From positions 1-23,068 of the forward strand of contig JBCCEA010000052.1 of the NCBI GenBank assembly GCA_039030515.1: 23,068 bases of DNA, written 5' to 3'. The position numbers and the translations under genes were made by a program. The DNA comes from Myxococcota bacterium. GTDB taxonomy: Bacteria; Myxococcota_A; Polyangia; Polyangiales; Houyiibacteriaceae. Under the pieces are notes generated by a model. It worked only from the letters and a program-made list of their open reading frames with translations, ran no database searches and was not told the origin of the DNA. Positions 7,530 through 16,695 of the stretch are shown here, piece by piece (the first letter of the stretch is position 1; every line of letters begins with the position of its first letter).

Positions 7530-9266
7530 TTACTCGGCCACGCGAGCAGCGCGCTGATCGGCGCGTGCGGTCGGCTGCTCCGCGCGTGCGGCTTTGGGTT
7601 CCGATCGAAACCGGCGGGAGAGCGCGACTTCGGCCTGAAACGCTTCTATCTCGCTTTGGCAGCGCGCCTCGTCCCAGCCGAGGATCGCTTGAAGCCGGGC
7701 CGCAACTCCGGGCGCTGCCCCGAGACCCTGATTTCGATCGCGGAAAAAGAGCTGAGTCCGCCGGATAAGGATATCGCTTACCCCGGTCGCAAACTCATGC
7801 TGCACCGCCTCATCTACCTGCGCCAAGATCTCGGGACGGCCCGGGACCAGACGCGCCGCCAACTCCGGATGCTCAAGGCAGCGTTTTGCGACCGATATGC
7901 CGCGAGTTCCGTAGGTTGAGGCGAAGAGCTCGGCAGTGTCCAGCGCAACGTGCGGAGCCCCTGCAGCCGCAATCCGCTCGGCTACCACGGCCAGGCCTCC
8001 CTCCTCGGGCCAGTCTTTGGCGCCTGGGAGAGACTCTTTTCCGGTGCTGGACGATCCTCGCTGAGGAAGCTCGGCATGCGCGCCCATCTGCTTTATCGCC
8101 GCATCGACCGTCTCCGCCGACATGAGTCGATAGGTGGTGAGCTTTCCACCGACGATCGAGATCAGGCCGTCGGTGCCGACGAGCACCTCGTGTTCTCGGC
8201 TCACGGAAGACTCATCGACACTTCCATCCTTCGGCGGCGGCGCGATCAAGGGCCGCAAGCCAGCCCAGGTCGAGAGCACATCCTCCGCTCGGAAATCGAG
8301 CTCAGGGAAGTAGGCGTTGCTTGCGTCGAGCAAATATTGAACATCCTCCGCGGTCGCGTGTTCAGAGCCGGGCTCCCCCTGGAAGTCGGTATCGGTCGTG
8401 CCTACGTACGTTCGGTCGCCCCAGGGAATCGCAAAAAGTACGCGCTCGTCCTCCGGATGAAAGCACACCACAGCGTGCTGAATGGGAAGCCGATCGTAAT
8501 CAAAGACGATGTGGACTCCCTTGGTGGGACGGAGCAACGGCCGATGCTTCTCTTTGTCGAGAGCCAACACCGCATCGGTCCAGGGTCCGGTCGCATTGAC
8601 CACCACCCGCGCACGAACCTCTTTGGTGGCTCCAGTGAGGCGGTCGAGAACCCGCGCGCCTTCTACCTGCCCGTGATCGTTGCGCAGCAGGGCTTGCGCG
8701 CAGCAGCGCGTGACGATCACCGCACCGCGTTCCGCAGCATCGAGAGCGGTTTCGATCGTGAGCCGCGCATCGTCTGTCGCGCAGTCGTAGTACAGCGGAG
8801 CACCTACCAAATCGGACTGCAGCAGCGCGGGTTCAAGCTCGGCCACCTTGAGCGGACGAAGCGTTCGATGGCTTTTGTACGAGCGAAAGAGCGAGAGGCC
8901 ATCGTAAAGCCACATGCCGGCCCTCAGCAGCCAGAGTTTCTGACGTGAATGCTTGTAGATGGGGAACAAAAAACCGAGCGGTCGAACGAGATGAGGAGCG
9001 AGGCGCTGCAGTACTTGACGTTCGCTCACCGACTCGAACACCAGCCCAAATTCATAGTGTTCGAGATACCGGAGGCCGCCGTGGATCAGTTTGCTGCTGC
9101 GTGAGCTGGTGCCGTACGCCAGGTCTTCTTGCTCGACCAGCGCAACCTTCAGACCGCGCATCGCAGCATCTCGAGCGACACCCACCCCGGTGATGCCCCC
9201 ACCGATCACGAGCACATCCACATCAGCGCCTAGCGCACACCACATTTGATTTCGATCGATCGACAC
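7530..9266 (-). CDS. glpD: FAD-dependent glycerol-3-phosphate dehydrogenase
   Basis: DVLVIGGGITGVGVARDAAMRG, GTSSRSSKLIHGGLRYLE, TDDARL, VVNATGPW, WAGLRPL, GGKLTTYRLM. Start uncertain (GTG 9266 or ATG 9245; ORF open to 9338). Confidence 0.95.
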   Translation of the reverse strand: MSIDRNQMWCALGADVDVLVIGGGITGVGVARDAAMRGLKVALVEQEDLAYGTSSRSSKLIHGGLRYLEHYEFGLVFESVSERQVLQRLAPHLVRPLGFLFPIYKHSRQKLWLLRAGMWLYDGLSLFRSYKSHRTLRPLKVAELEPALLQSDLVGAPLYYDCATDDARLTIETALDAAERGAVIVTRCCAQALLRNDHGQVEGARVLDRLTGATKEVRARVVVNATGPWTDAVLALDKEKHRPLLRPTKGVHIVFDYDRLPIQHAVVCFHPEDERVLFAIPWGDRTYVGTTDTDFQGEPGSEHATAEDVQYLLDASNAYFPELDFRAEDVLSTWAGLRPLIAPPPKDGSVDESSVSREHEVLVGTDGLISIVGGKLTTYRLMSAETVDAAIKQMGAHAELPQRGSSSTGKESLPGAKDWPEEGGLAVVAERIAAAGAPHVALDTAELFASTYGTRGISVAKRCLEHPELAARLVPGRPEILAQVDEAVQHEFATGVSDILIRRTQLFFRDRNQGLGAAPGVAARLQAILGWDEARCQSEIEAFQAEVALSRRFRSEPKAARAEQPTARADQRAARVAE

Positions 9267-9360
9267 GGTCCTCGGAGCATAGTGGCGATCCCGACAAAAG
9301 GCACGACGCGCAACACCTCTGAAACCGCGCTGTAACAATGCGATCGTTTACCGCTTGCAC

Positions 9361-10896
9361 TTAGCTAGCGTCTTTGGAGGCGGCTTCCTCTGAGCGTTCT
9401 GCCCAGCGAAACTGCAACGAGATGCAGGCTCCCCCCGAGGGCCGATTGGTCGCTGCGATGCGTCCTTCGCACTGCTCGACGAGATTGTGGCAGATCGCCA
9501 TTCCGAGACCGGTGCCCTGCCCCGTGGGCTTGCTGGTCACGAAAGGCTCAAAGACCTGTTCGAGGATCGCGGTATCGAATCCCGGTCCATCGTCGAGCAC
9601 CTGAACCGAGGGCCCGAGGGCGAGCGCGTCGATCTGAATCTCGATGCGTCCTTCGCCCCGCACCGCGTCAGCCGCATTGAGCAGCAGATTCACGAAAATC
9701 TGCACCATTTTCGACTCACTGCCGCGAACCGGAGCGCATTCGGTAGAGGGCATCACGAACTCGATTTTTTGAGATGCCGGTTGGGGCTTGACCAGGCGAA
9801 TCGCATCATCGATCGCTTTGCTGAGGTCGCAAGATGCATCGGGTTCCTCAGGCTCTCTCCTCGAAAAATCGAGCAGGTCGCCTATCGTGCGGTGAATACG
9901 CTCCGTTTCGCCCTGTATGCGGCTTAAGAACTCGTCACGTTTCTTTGAATCCAGAGCGTCTCCACGCACCAGCTCCAAAAGCCCCAAGATCGCTGCTAGG
10001 GGATTGCCGATCTCATGAGCTACCCCGGCACTCAGTCGACCGACCGCCGCCAGCTTTTCACTCCGTACGAGCTGGGCTTGGGTGCTCTCAAGCTCAGAGG
10101 TCGTTTTCTCAAGATCTTTGAGGCGACCCTCCAACTGACGCTTTTCCGCGCGAAGCTGATGGGCCATCGCGTTAAACGCAAGGGCGAGACGCGAGATCTC
10201 GGCCGCACCTCGTACGGGAACATCTGCTCCCAATCGGCCTCGAGCCAATCGCTCACTCGCTTGGGTCAGCCCCTCCACCGGACGGACGATGAGATAGGTG
10301 AGCAGGGTGTAGACGAGCAGCAAGATCGCCGCCGCCGTCACCGAAACATAGAGCAGCAGGAGCTTGGCAAAGGCCTTTTGTGCATCGCCGGTGGGCATCG
10401 CCACCCAAACTTTCACCTGAGGCGCAACCGGCAAGCCAAAGCCGCGTTCCGCCCCTCTGTCTTCAGGCAGGACGTCTTCAGGCAGGCCATCTTCAAGCAG
10501 GCCATCTTCAAGCAGGCCATCTTCAAGCAGGCCTTCGTCCACCGTACCGTCTTCAAGCAGGCCATCCTCAGCGGAGCTACCATGGACGACCGGTGTTCCG
10601 TGAGTCTGGGTGCCGAGCCGGATCGGAAGCGCAGACGGCCCTGCATACTCGAATCCCTCGATCAGTCCGGAGGCGATCGCCCGCTGCGCCATCTCCTCGA
10701 GCTGCGCTGGATTGCGTTTTGCCTCATCTGCAAGCATCGCTGCCAGGAGACGTCCGCAGTCCAGACGATCCCGTGCGCGAGCGCGCTGAGCCAGCTGAAC
10801 TGCCACCACCCCGAGGAGTGGAAAAGAAGCCAGAAAAACGGTGCACAAACCGAAAACGATCTGCAATCTCAGTCCAAAACCGAAACGCAAATTCAC
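9361..10896 (-). CDS. Membrane sensor histidine kinase (2 TM, HAMP, HisKA, HATPase; NtrB/PilS-like)
   Basis: Two hydrophobic segments, HAMP (RPVEGL...EISRLALAFNAM), H-box AHEIGNPL, N-box NLLLNA, DDGPG, FEPF, GTGLG. Confidence 0.95.
   Translation of the reverse strand: MNLRFGFGLRLQIVFGLCTVFLASFPLLGVVAVQLAQRARARDRLDCGRLLAAMLADEAKRNPAQLEEMAQRAIASGLIEGFEYAGPSALPIRLGTQTHGTPVVHGSSAEDGLLEDGTVDEGLLEDGLLEDGLLEDGLPEDVLPEDRGAERGFGLPVAPQVKVWVAMPTGDAQKAFAKLLLLYVSVTAAAILLLVYTLLTYLIVRPVEGLTQASERLARGRLGADVPVRGAAEISRLALAFNAMAHQLRAEKRQLEGRLKDLEKTTSELESTQAQLVRSEKLAAVGRLSAGVAHEIGNPLAAILGLLELVRGDALDSKKRDEFLSRIQGETERIHRTIGDLLDFSRREPEEPDASCDLSKAIDDAIRLVKPQPASQKIEFVMPSTECAPVRGSESKMVQIFVNLLLNAADAVRGEGRIEIQIDALALGPSVQVLDDGPGFDTAILEQVFEPFVTSKPTGQGTGLGMAICHNLVEQCEGRIAATNRPSGGACISLQFRWAERSEEAASKDAS
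10459..10570. repeat. 15-bp in-frame tandem repeat (EDGLL)n, about 7 units
   Basis: atcttcaagcaggcc and variants at 15-bp period, with one degenerate unit at 10534-10548. Confidence 0.93.
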
Positions 10897-10939
10897 GCTC
10901 TAGACTCTCAGCAACGCAGTCCGGGCACGACTCAGAACC

Positions 10940-11380
10940 TCAGCACGACAGCGCCGCGATATCGCGAATCGCTTTGGCATAGTCGCGCAGCAGAGGTCGA
11001 TCTGGAATCGGTGGCGGAAATCCAAGCAGCGCACCGTCGAGGATCGCCCGATCTACCGCCGGCAGCGGACGAAAGAGAACCGCAACGTAGGCAGCGGTTT
11101 CTTCTGCGCTCTGAGGATCGAAGACCAGCCGGATTACTTCACCTTCAGCATCGAGCCAGCACATTCCGGAAGGCATGCGCACGCTGACGAATACACGTTC
11201 ACCGACCGAGCACGACTCGACACAGCGGGCTCGCACACCGAGTGGCGAGAGGTCGCGTGTCCCCCGCCCCACCAGGCGAAAACCGTTTTCAGCCACAACC
11301 TGACAGGGAACTTCCAGCGCACGACGTAGCGCACGACGCTTTCGCATCGGCTTGATGATATTCGGTCCCGTAAAGAACAT
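10940..11380 (-). CDS. Stand-alone PilZ domain protein
   Basis: RRALR (RxxxR) and DLSPLG (DxSxxG) c-di-GMP motifs followed by beta strands. ATG 11380 is preceded by GGAG. Confidence 0.85.
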   Translation of the reverse strand: MFFTGPNIIKPMRKRRALRRALEVPCQVVAENGFRLVGRGTRDLSPLGVRARCVESCSVGERVFVSVRMPSGMCWLDAEGEVIRLVFDPQSAEETAAYVAVLFRPLPAVDRAILDGALLGFPPPIPDRPLLRDYAKAIRDIAALSC

Positions 11381-11443
11381 CTCCACCCCCCCGGGGCACA
11401 TCCTATGACAGAACCAATTCAAACGAGAAAACTTGTGCGGACC

Positions 11444-12409
11444 TTATTCGGCAAGCCGTGCTGCCCGAATCTTCAGCTCGGCAAACCGCCGAAAAAACAA
11501 ATCGTGGTCTCTGCGAAACGCGCGGATGACTTCCCGATCACGACGGGTCTGACCCAATTGCGCGACCGCTTGGCGAATGCGCTCGGCCAAATGCTTGGGT
11601 CCGCCAAAAGGTCGTTCGACTTCATCCGCTCGACCTCGTTCGAACCGCTGCAGGCGACTTGAGCTCCGGTCACCACCGTAGACCAACCCGATGCTGTCAC
11701 TTGAGGCCTGGAGCGACTTCATCACCATCGTGCCTCGGAGATCGGGCAGGTCTTCCCGTACGGACACGACGTCGAAGCTCTGCCCGCTGGCTTTGTCAAG
11801 AGCGCCTCCTCCGGTCACTTCACCGAGCACTTCCCAATCTTCCGCAGCCAGTTCTTGCGCGATCGCCTCCAAAAAACGCGGATCTTGCTCGACGATCAGC
11901 ACTCGGGGCTGAAACGGGATCTTGGATTCGGAGGTAGAGCGGCATTCATTTCGCGCCATATCGAGCATGATGGCAAACGCGTCATCCATCACGGCAACCA
12001 CATCGCGCAGAAGCTCTCCTCCCTCCGCAACGCGGTAGCGCTCGCACGCAAGCTCGACGGTCCGAAGAAGATGATCGATGTGGTCGGGACGTTTGAGAAC
12101 CACGTCGACCACCCCCAGCCGAAGCGCTTCGGTCACCGCATCAAACGACCGGCGTCCGGTGAGGAGCACCACGGCGGTCTGACGGCTTCGCTCGGTGATC
12201 ATCCTCGCGAGATCGATTCCGGCTCCGGGGCGACCCACGTCGAGATCGACTAGCGCCGCGGGGAAGAATTTACGGCACACCAAATCTCGGGCGTCGTCGA
12301 CATTGTCGAGAGCGGTCGTCACGTAGCCTTCCTCGTCGAAGAGCCTTCGCATCCCTTCTCGGTGGGTTTGGATCGCGTCCACGATCAGGACTTCGTCGCC
12401 TGCAGCCAT
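11444..12409 (-). CDS. Response regulator with two receiver domains (second degenerate), no output domain
   Basis: VLIVD...ALVDLD...LLTG...LKR, then RVLIVEQD...FDVVSVREDLPD. Start set at ATG 12409 because the track's extension overlaps the upstream gene. Confidence 0.85.
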   Translation of the reverse strand: MAAGDEVLIVDAIQTHREGMRRLFDEEGYVTTALDNVDDARDLVCRKFFPAALVDLDVGRPGAGIDLARMITERSRQTAVVLLTGRRSFDAVTEALRLGVVDVVLKRPDHIDHLLRTVELACERYRVAEGGELLRDVVAVMDDAFAIMLDMARNECRSTSESKIPFQPRVLIVEQDPRFLEAIAQELAAEDWEVLGEVTGGGALDKASGQSFDVVSVREDLPDLRGTMVMKSLQASSDSIGLVYGGDRSSSRLQRFERGRADEVERPFGGPKHLAERIRQAVAQLGQTRRDREVIRAFRRDHDLFFRRFAELKIRAARLAE

Positions 12410-12422
12410 GTGTGGGGTCAGC

Positions 12423-13475
12423 TTACCTCGAAAACGGCATGTGCATCGAAACGGATCCCGAGGGGGGTGAAGGGAGCCGAAAGCCGCGCACCTGATTTGC
12501 CAAGCAGGCTCCAAGTGCATCATCACCGGTGGTGTTGCGTCCGACCGCGCTCCGGGTGACGTAGCCGTCTGCTCCGATGGTGAAATCGACCACCACGGTT
12601 CCGCTGAGCGTTGGGCGGCTTTGGGTCGCTTGGTCAAAACATCGTTGAGCGCGCGCGGTGTAGTAGCGACGAATCGAATAGCGCACCCGCGCCGAGTAGA
12701 GCTCCATCTCCAACTCTCGCTCCTCATCAGGCGCTGCCGATTGCGCGTCCACTGTCTCCACCGGCTCTTCTGCAGCTTCGGCCGGTTCTTCCGCAGCTTC
12801 GGGCTGGGTGCGAGGGGTTTGAGCGGCTTTCGAAGCCGTAGATCGTCTCTTCCGAGAACGGGAGATCACAGCGCTTTTTCTTTTGGTGGGCCCTGCCCTT
12901 TTGCGAGACTGCTTCGTTGTAGCTGCAGAGGACCGGAGCTCAGGATTTGCCTCAGCAGGCGCCTCTGGAACCTCCAGCGCTGCCGCCACCCGCTCTTCGA
13001 CTGCGGGCACGGGCGCTCCAAGGACAAAGGGGTCCTCCGGATCGGCACGTCCAACCGCCTCCTCGGAAGACCCCATGGCAAGCCAAGCCGCTGCCGCACC
13101 GAGCGCGAAAAGCGAGACCCCGATGAGTACAACGGTCGTCCAAGCCCGGGCCGAAGACTGCACGCCGATTCCAGCAAGCGACACACCCAACATGGAGGGT
13201 TCAAACGCTGCGGAGGCCCGCATCTGCTCTGCCTTCGGCGCGCTACCGATCTGTGCGTCGATGCCCTCCCGAGCTCCGCGTTCATGACTGACTTCTTGCG
13301 CTATCTGAGAAAGAGGACCGGGATCGTCCGGCTGACCCCCGGCAACATCGCTTCCAGCAGGCCCGCCTCCGTCGAGCCGCCCTCCGGGAGTTCCCGGAGC
13401 GGCGATCCGAACCCCGCACATCGAGCAAAATAGGGCGTCTTCGGTGACCTTTGCACCGCAGGCTTGACAGAACAT
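12423..13475 (-). CDS. Zinc-ribbon, single-TM, AgmX/PglI (TonB-C-like) C-terminal domain protein
   Basis: MFCQACG...FCSMCG finger, TM VVLIGVSLFALGAAAAWLAM, low-complexity linker, then RCFDQA...PTLSGTVVVDFTIGADGYV...LGACLANQVRGFRLPSP...MPF. Confidence 0.82.
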   Translation of the reverse strand: MFCQACGAKVTEDALFCSMCGVRIAAPGTPGGRLDGGGPAGSDVAGGQPDDPGPLSQIAQEVSHERGAREGIDAQIGSAPKAEQMRASAAFEPSMLGVSLAGIGVQSSARAWTTVVLIGVSLFALGAAAAWLAMGSSEEAVGRADPEDPFVLGAPVPAVEERVAAALEVPEAPAEANPELRSSAATTKQSRKRAGPTKRKSAVISRSRKRRSTASKAAQTPRTQPEAAEEPAEAAEEPVETVDAQSAAPDEERELEMELYSARVRYSIRRYYTARAQRCFDQATQSRPTLSGTVVVDFTIGADGYVTRSAVGRNTTGDDALGACLANQVRGFRLPSPPSGSVSMHMPFSR

Positions 13476-13584
13476 CTCGAACTCATAACGCCTATCGCCC
13501 CGGACCGCCCATCGACTGGTTCGGGCGCTGCATGTCCGACTGATTTGTTTGTGGAGCGATTACTTTGCTTGCTGAAAGGAAGCG

Positions 13585-15756
13585 ATGTCCCTGGGATCCA
13601 GGAAGCGAGAAAGTGCGGCGCAATCAGGGGCTGCTGGGCAGAAAAAACCTTGCGACTTCGCCCTTTTTGGGTTCCTTCCTGAGGAATTGCTGCGAGAGAT
13701 GGTCGCATATGACTCGGGTTTTTTCTGGATGCCGAGTCGAGATTTCGAGGGCAGCGCCTCTTCAGCCCGCAACTTCTTTTCATCCGACGCGACAAAAGCG
13801 CATTCAGGCGGGGTAAAGTCGATCGACTTTTCTCCTTGCGGCAGATACCTCGTCACTACGGGAGCAGTTGGGGCGGTCAAGGTCTGGAATGCAGAGCGCG
13901 GAACACTCTGCAAAGCGTTCCCGTACTGTCGCACCGCAAACTCAGCCACGTCTCCGATAGCCTTGGCGGGCGCAGCCAGAAATCTCACCATCGCGGCTCT
14001 GCTCCAAGACCACACGGTGGGGATCTGGAGCGCATTCGGCGAAGTAGCCTCTAGAATATGCCTAACCGACGGCTCCTTAGAGTGCATTGCGCTCTCTCCA
14101 GATCGCAGATGGGTCGGCATCGGGATCGACGGTCACCAGAGGATGGGTGGCCACGAGGTACGGATATTCAACGTAGACGACGGGAGTGTCTTCACCAATC
14201 TCATCGGGCACTGCGATACCGTTCGATCGCTTGCATTCTCTGCCGACAGCAAACTCATCGCTACCGGCGGCGACGACGGGGCACTGATCCTCTGGAATCT
14301 TGAAACGCGCTGCAGTGTTGAGACACTCGAACATTGCGTTAGGGTGAAATCGATCGCGTTCTCCCCTGGAAGTCGCTATCTGCTGGCCGCTCTTCAGGGC
14401 GAAGAGCACGCTGCGGTGCTTTGGGACCTCACGCTTCGACGCAGGGTCGCCGTTTATCCGCATGAGCAGGAGTTGCTGTCGGCATCTTTTTGTTCGGTCC
14501 ATCCAGCGAGAGTCGCCACGGTAACCAGCACAGGGGTTCGGTTCTTCAGGCTGAAGGGAAACCTCACGGCCAAGATCGAAGCGGAGCCAAAAGGGATACG
14601 GGCTTGCGCGATCCACCCCGAGCACCCGACCGTCGCCGTGGCGCACAAAAGTGGGCGGGTCTCACTCCATCGTCCCAACCCAGCAAACCGATCCGTGTTC
14701 TCTCAACGAGGGCACCACGCATCGCGGGTGCATCGCAGGCGAGGCATGCCTGTAATTCGGGGGCAATTGGGAGGCATTACCGCGGTTGACGTTTCTCAAG
14801 ATGGATCGACGGTCGCGACCGCCGGTGAAGATTGCACGGTCAGGCTCTGGTGCACCCGCACCCAAAGAATGCTCCTGAGGCTGCGACACGGATCCAGCGT
14901 GAATTCGATCGCCTTTCGTGCGGGATATCCGCAGTTGGCTTCTGCGACTGCAGATGGCGAGGTGAGGCTTTGGGATACGCGCACCGGCAGGCTGGTCTTT
15001 GTGCTGAAGCCCCACCGCTCGCCACACCACGGCCGTTTGATGAGCGAGCAGCCCGCCGCAAGCCACAAGCGCCGGATATACTCGACCCCGGAATTGCACT
15101 CGATAGCCATCGCCCCGAGCGGAGCCTACTTAGCCAGCGGAGATGCCGACGGGACACTCAGTCTCTGGAACCTAGAGACCCGCGGCGTCGAATTCAGCGC
15201 ATCTCATCAGGACTCGGTACACTCGGTAGCCTTTGCTCGAGACGGCCAACTTGTCGCCTCTGTGAGCCAGGACGGCGAAGTCCAGGTCTGGAATGTGCAA
15301 ACAAAGCAGTTTTGTTCGAGATACGAGCATCCCTACAAACTACGCTCGGTGGCGTTTCTCGGTCCTGGCAACCGACTCGTGACTGCCGGAGACGGATGCT
15401 CCGCGCGTATTTTGAAGATTCGGTACATCCAATCCGCGCTCCTGCATACCTGCAGTCACGAGGACTGGGTCAACGCCGCAGTTCCTTCCCCTTCGGGAAG
15501 CCACCTCGCGACCGCAAGTGACGATCAAACAGTCAAACTATGGGACCCCAATACGGGTAGGCTGAACCACTCCTACGCCCACGATGCTGCCGTGACCTCC
15601 CTCGCCTGGTTTCCGAAGAACCCGCGGTCGGGAGAGCATCAATTGATACTCAGTGACGAGAGCGGGGCGGCGACGATTCTGGGGATCCGTCCGCGTCATC
15701 GTGAGCTGGTTTCGATGGGCGCGCATCACAGCGACTCAAACACCTCTACACTTTAG
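13585..15756 (+). CDS. WD40 repeat protein, about 14 repeats (two beta-propellers)
   Basis: Repeats such as GHCDTVRSLAFSADSKLIATGGDDGALILWN and HEDWVNAAVPSPSGSHLATASDDQTVKLWD; no signal peptide. Confidence 0.93.
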   Translation: MSLGSRKRESAAQSGAAGQKKPCDFALFGFLPEELLREMVAYDSGFFWMPSRDFEGSASSARNFFSSDATKAHSGGVKSIDFSPCGRYLVTTGAVGAVKVWNAERGTLCKAFPYCRTANSATSPIALAGAARNLTIAALLQDHTVGIWSAFGEVASRICLTDGSLECIALSPDRRWVGIGIDGHQRMGGHEVRIFNVDDGSVFTNLIGHCDTVRSLAFSADSKLIATGGDDGALILWNLETRCSVETLEHCVRVKSIAFSPGSRYLLAALQGEEHAAVLWDLTLRRRVAVYPHEQELLSASFCSVHPARVATVTSTGVRFFRLKGNLTAKIEAEPKGIRACAIHPEHPTVAVAHKSGRVSLHRPNPANRSVFSQRGHHASRVHRRRGMPVIRGQLGGITAVDVSQDGSTVATAGEDCTVRLWCTRTQRMLLRLRHGSSVNSIAFRAGYPQLASATADGEVRLWDTRTGRLVFVLKPHRSPHHGRLMSEQPAASHKRRIYSTPELHSIAIAPSGAYLASGDADGTLSLWNLETRGVEFSASHQDSVHSVAFARDGQLVASVSQDGEVQVWNVQTKQFCSRYEHPYKLRSVAFLGPGNRLVTAGDGCSARILKIRYIQSALLHTCSHEDWVNAAVPSPSGSHLATASDDQTVKLWDPNTGRLNHSYAHDAAVTSLAWFPKNPRSGEHQLILSDESGAATILGIRPRHRELVSMGAHHSDSNTSTL

Positions 15757-15771
15757 GCTGAAAAACGGAGC

Positions 15772-16461
15772 TCAGTTGATCGGGTCGGTTGGGTTAGCTG
15801 AGTCTGGCCGATCCGCATCGTCTGAACTGCGCGGTTCCGGCTGCTCAGCGGTTTCAGAGGCGGCGCCAGATTCAAGCGGTTCATGGGGATGCTCTCGAGT
15901 AAAGAGCAGGCGAAGCGCCAAAACAGGGATACGGACCATCGCCTCTAGGTCGAGCTCTACCCCAAAGGAAATCTGCATGTGGTTGGGATCGTCGAGATCC
16001 ATGCGTGCAGAGGCGTATCCCATGAATCCAGTTTGATAGCGGTCGTGAAAATCGTAGCTCCGGTAGCCCCAGGCCAGCGTGCTCACAAACACCGGCTCGT
16101 TTTCCTCCGGCCGAACCGAGTACCCGACGGCGCCGGTGACCACGATCGGGTAGGCGCGAATTACCGGCAGCAAAAGCGAAGCCCCGATCGCCGCATCCAA
16201 GCTCTCAAAACGCGTGGAGCGAAGATCGAGAGCGGGCCCGAAACGCACATATTCGTCTCCGCGGCCGCCGAATAAGGCCTCGGTCCGAAGCCCAGACTCG
16301 AAAAAGCGAAGCCGTCGATCGACTCCATCAGCGGACAACAGCTCAAAACCGCCACCCAAGGTGCCGCGGGCAGACCACTGCATATCTGCTGCAGCCGATC
16401 GAGGCGAGAGACCGGCGGTGAGCACGGCGCAACATGCGATCGCCACCCTCCATCCGGACAT
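15772..16461 (-). CDS. Hypothetical exported protein, probable outer-membrane beta-barrel
   Basis: Signal peptide MSGWRVAIACCAVLTAGLSPRSAAA, then Gly/aromatic-rich amphipathic strands. ATG 16461 preferred. Confidence 0.65.
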   Translation of the reverse strand: MSGWRVAIACCAVLTAGLSPRSAAADMQWSARGTLGGGFELLSADGVDRRLRFFESGLRTEALFGGRGDEYVRFGPALDLRSTRFESLDAAIGASLLLPVIRAYPIVVTGAVGYSVRPEENEPVFVSTLAWGYRSYDFHDRYQTGFMGYASARMDLDDPNHMQISFGVELDLEAMVRIPVLALRLLFTREHPHEPLESGAASETAEQPEPRSSDDADRPDSANPTDPIN

Positions 16462-16605
16462 GCGCAATCGAGCCTTACACGCGCAGAGTTCGGCACGACG
16501 GCGGGAAAAAATGAAGCGTTTGAGCGAGAAGATCCCTCGGGGATCGCTGATGGAATGCTTGGTCAAAGAGTCCTGAACGGCCGACTTCTGGCCGGGGCGT
16601 ACATC

Positions 16606-16669
16606 GTGATGAAGGCTGCGTGTGGTGAAGGCTACGTGTGGCGAAGGCTGCGTGTGGTGAAGGCTAACT
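16606..16669. repeat. Intergenic 16-bp tandem repeat x4
   Basis: gtgatgaaggctgcgt gtggtgaaggctacgt gtggcgaaggctgcgt gtggtgaaggctaact. Confidence 0.9.
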
Positions 16670-16695
16670 GCGGCGGGAGCTACCTGTGACGATTG

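Noticed and set aside
7950..8948. 332-aa + strand ORF (and similar 12621-13433, 16693-17361)
   Set aside because: Antisense shadows of well-supported genes, common in high-GC DNA.
10015..11187. 390-aa + strand ORF with FKQAI repeats
   Set aside because: Antisense to the histidine kinase and PilZ genes; its repeats mirror the EDGLL VNTR.
12410..12727. Long N-terminal ORF extensions (REC-REC, also kinase 18988-19152 and C2-PDZ 17542-17685)
   Set aside because: They overlap neighbouring genes and precede better-placed starts at domain boundaries.
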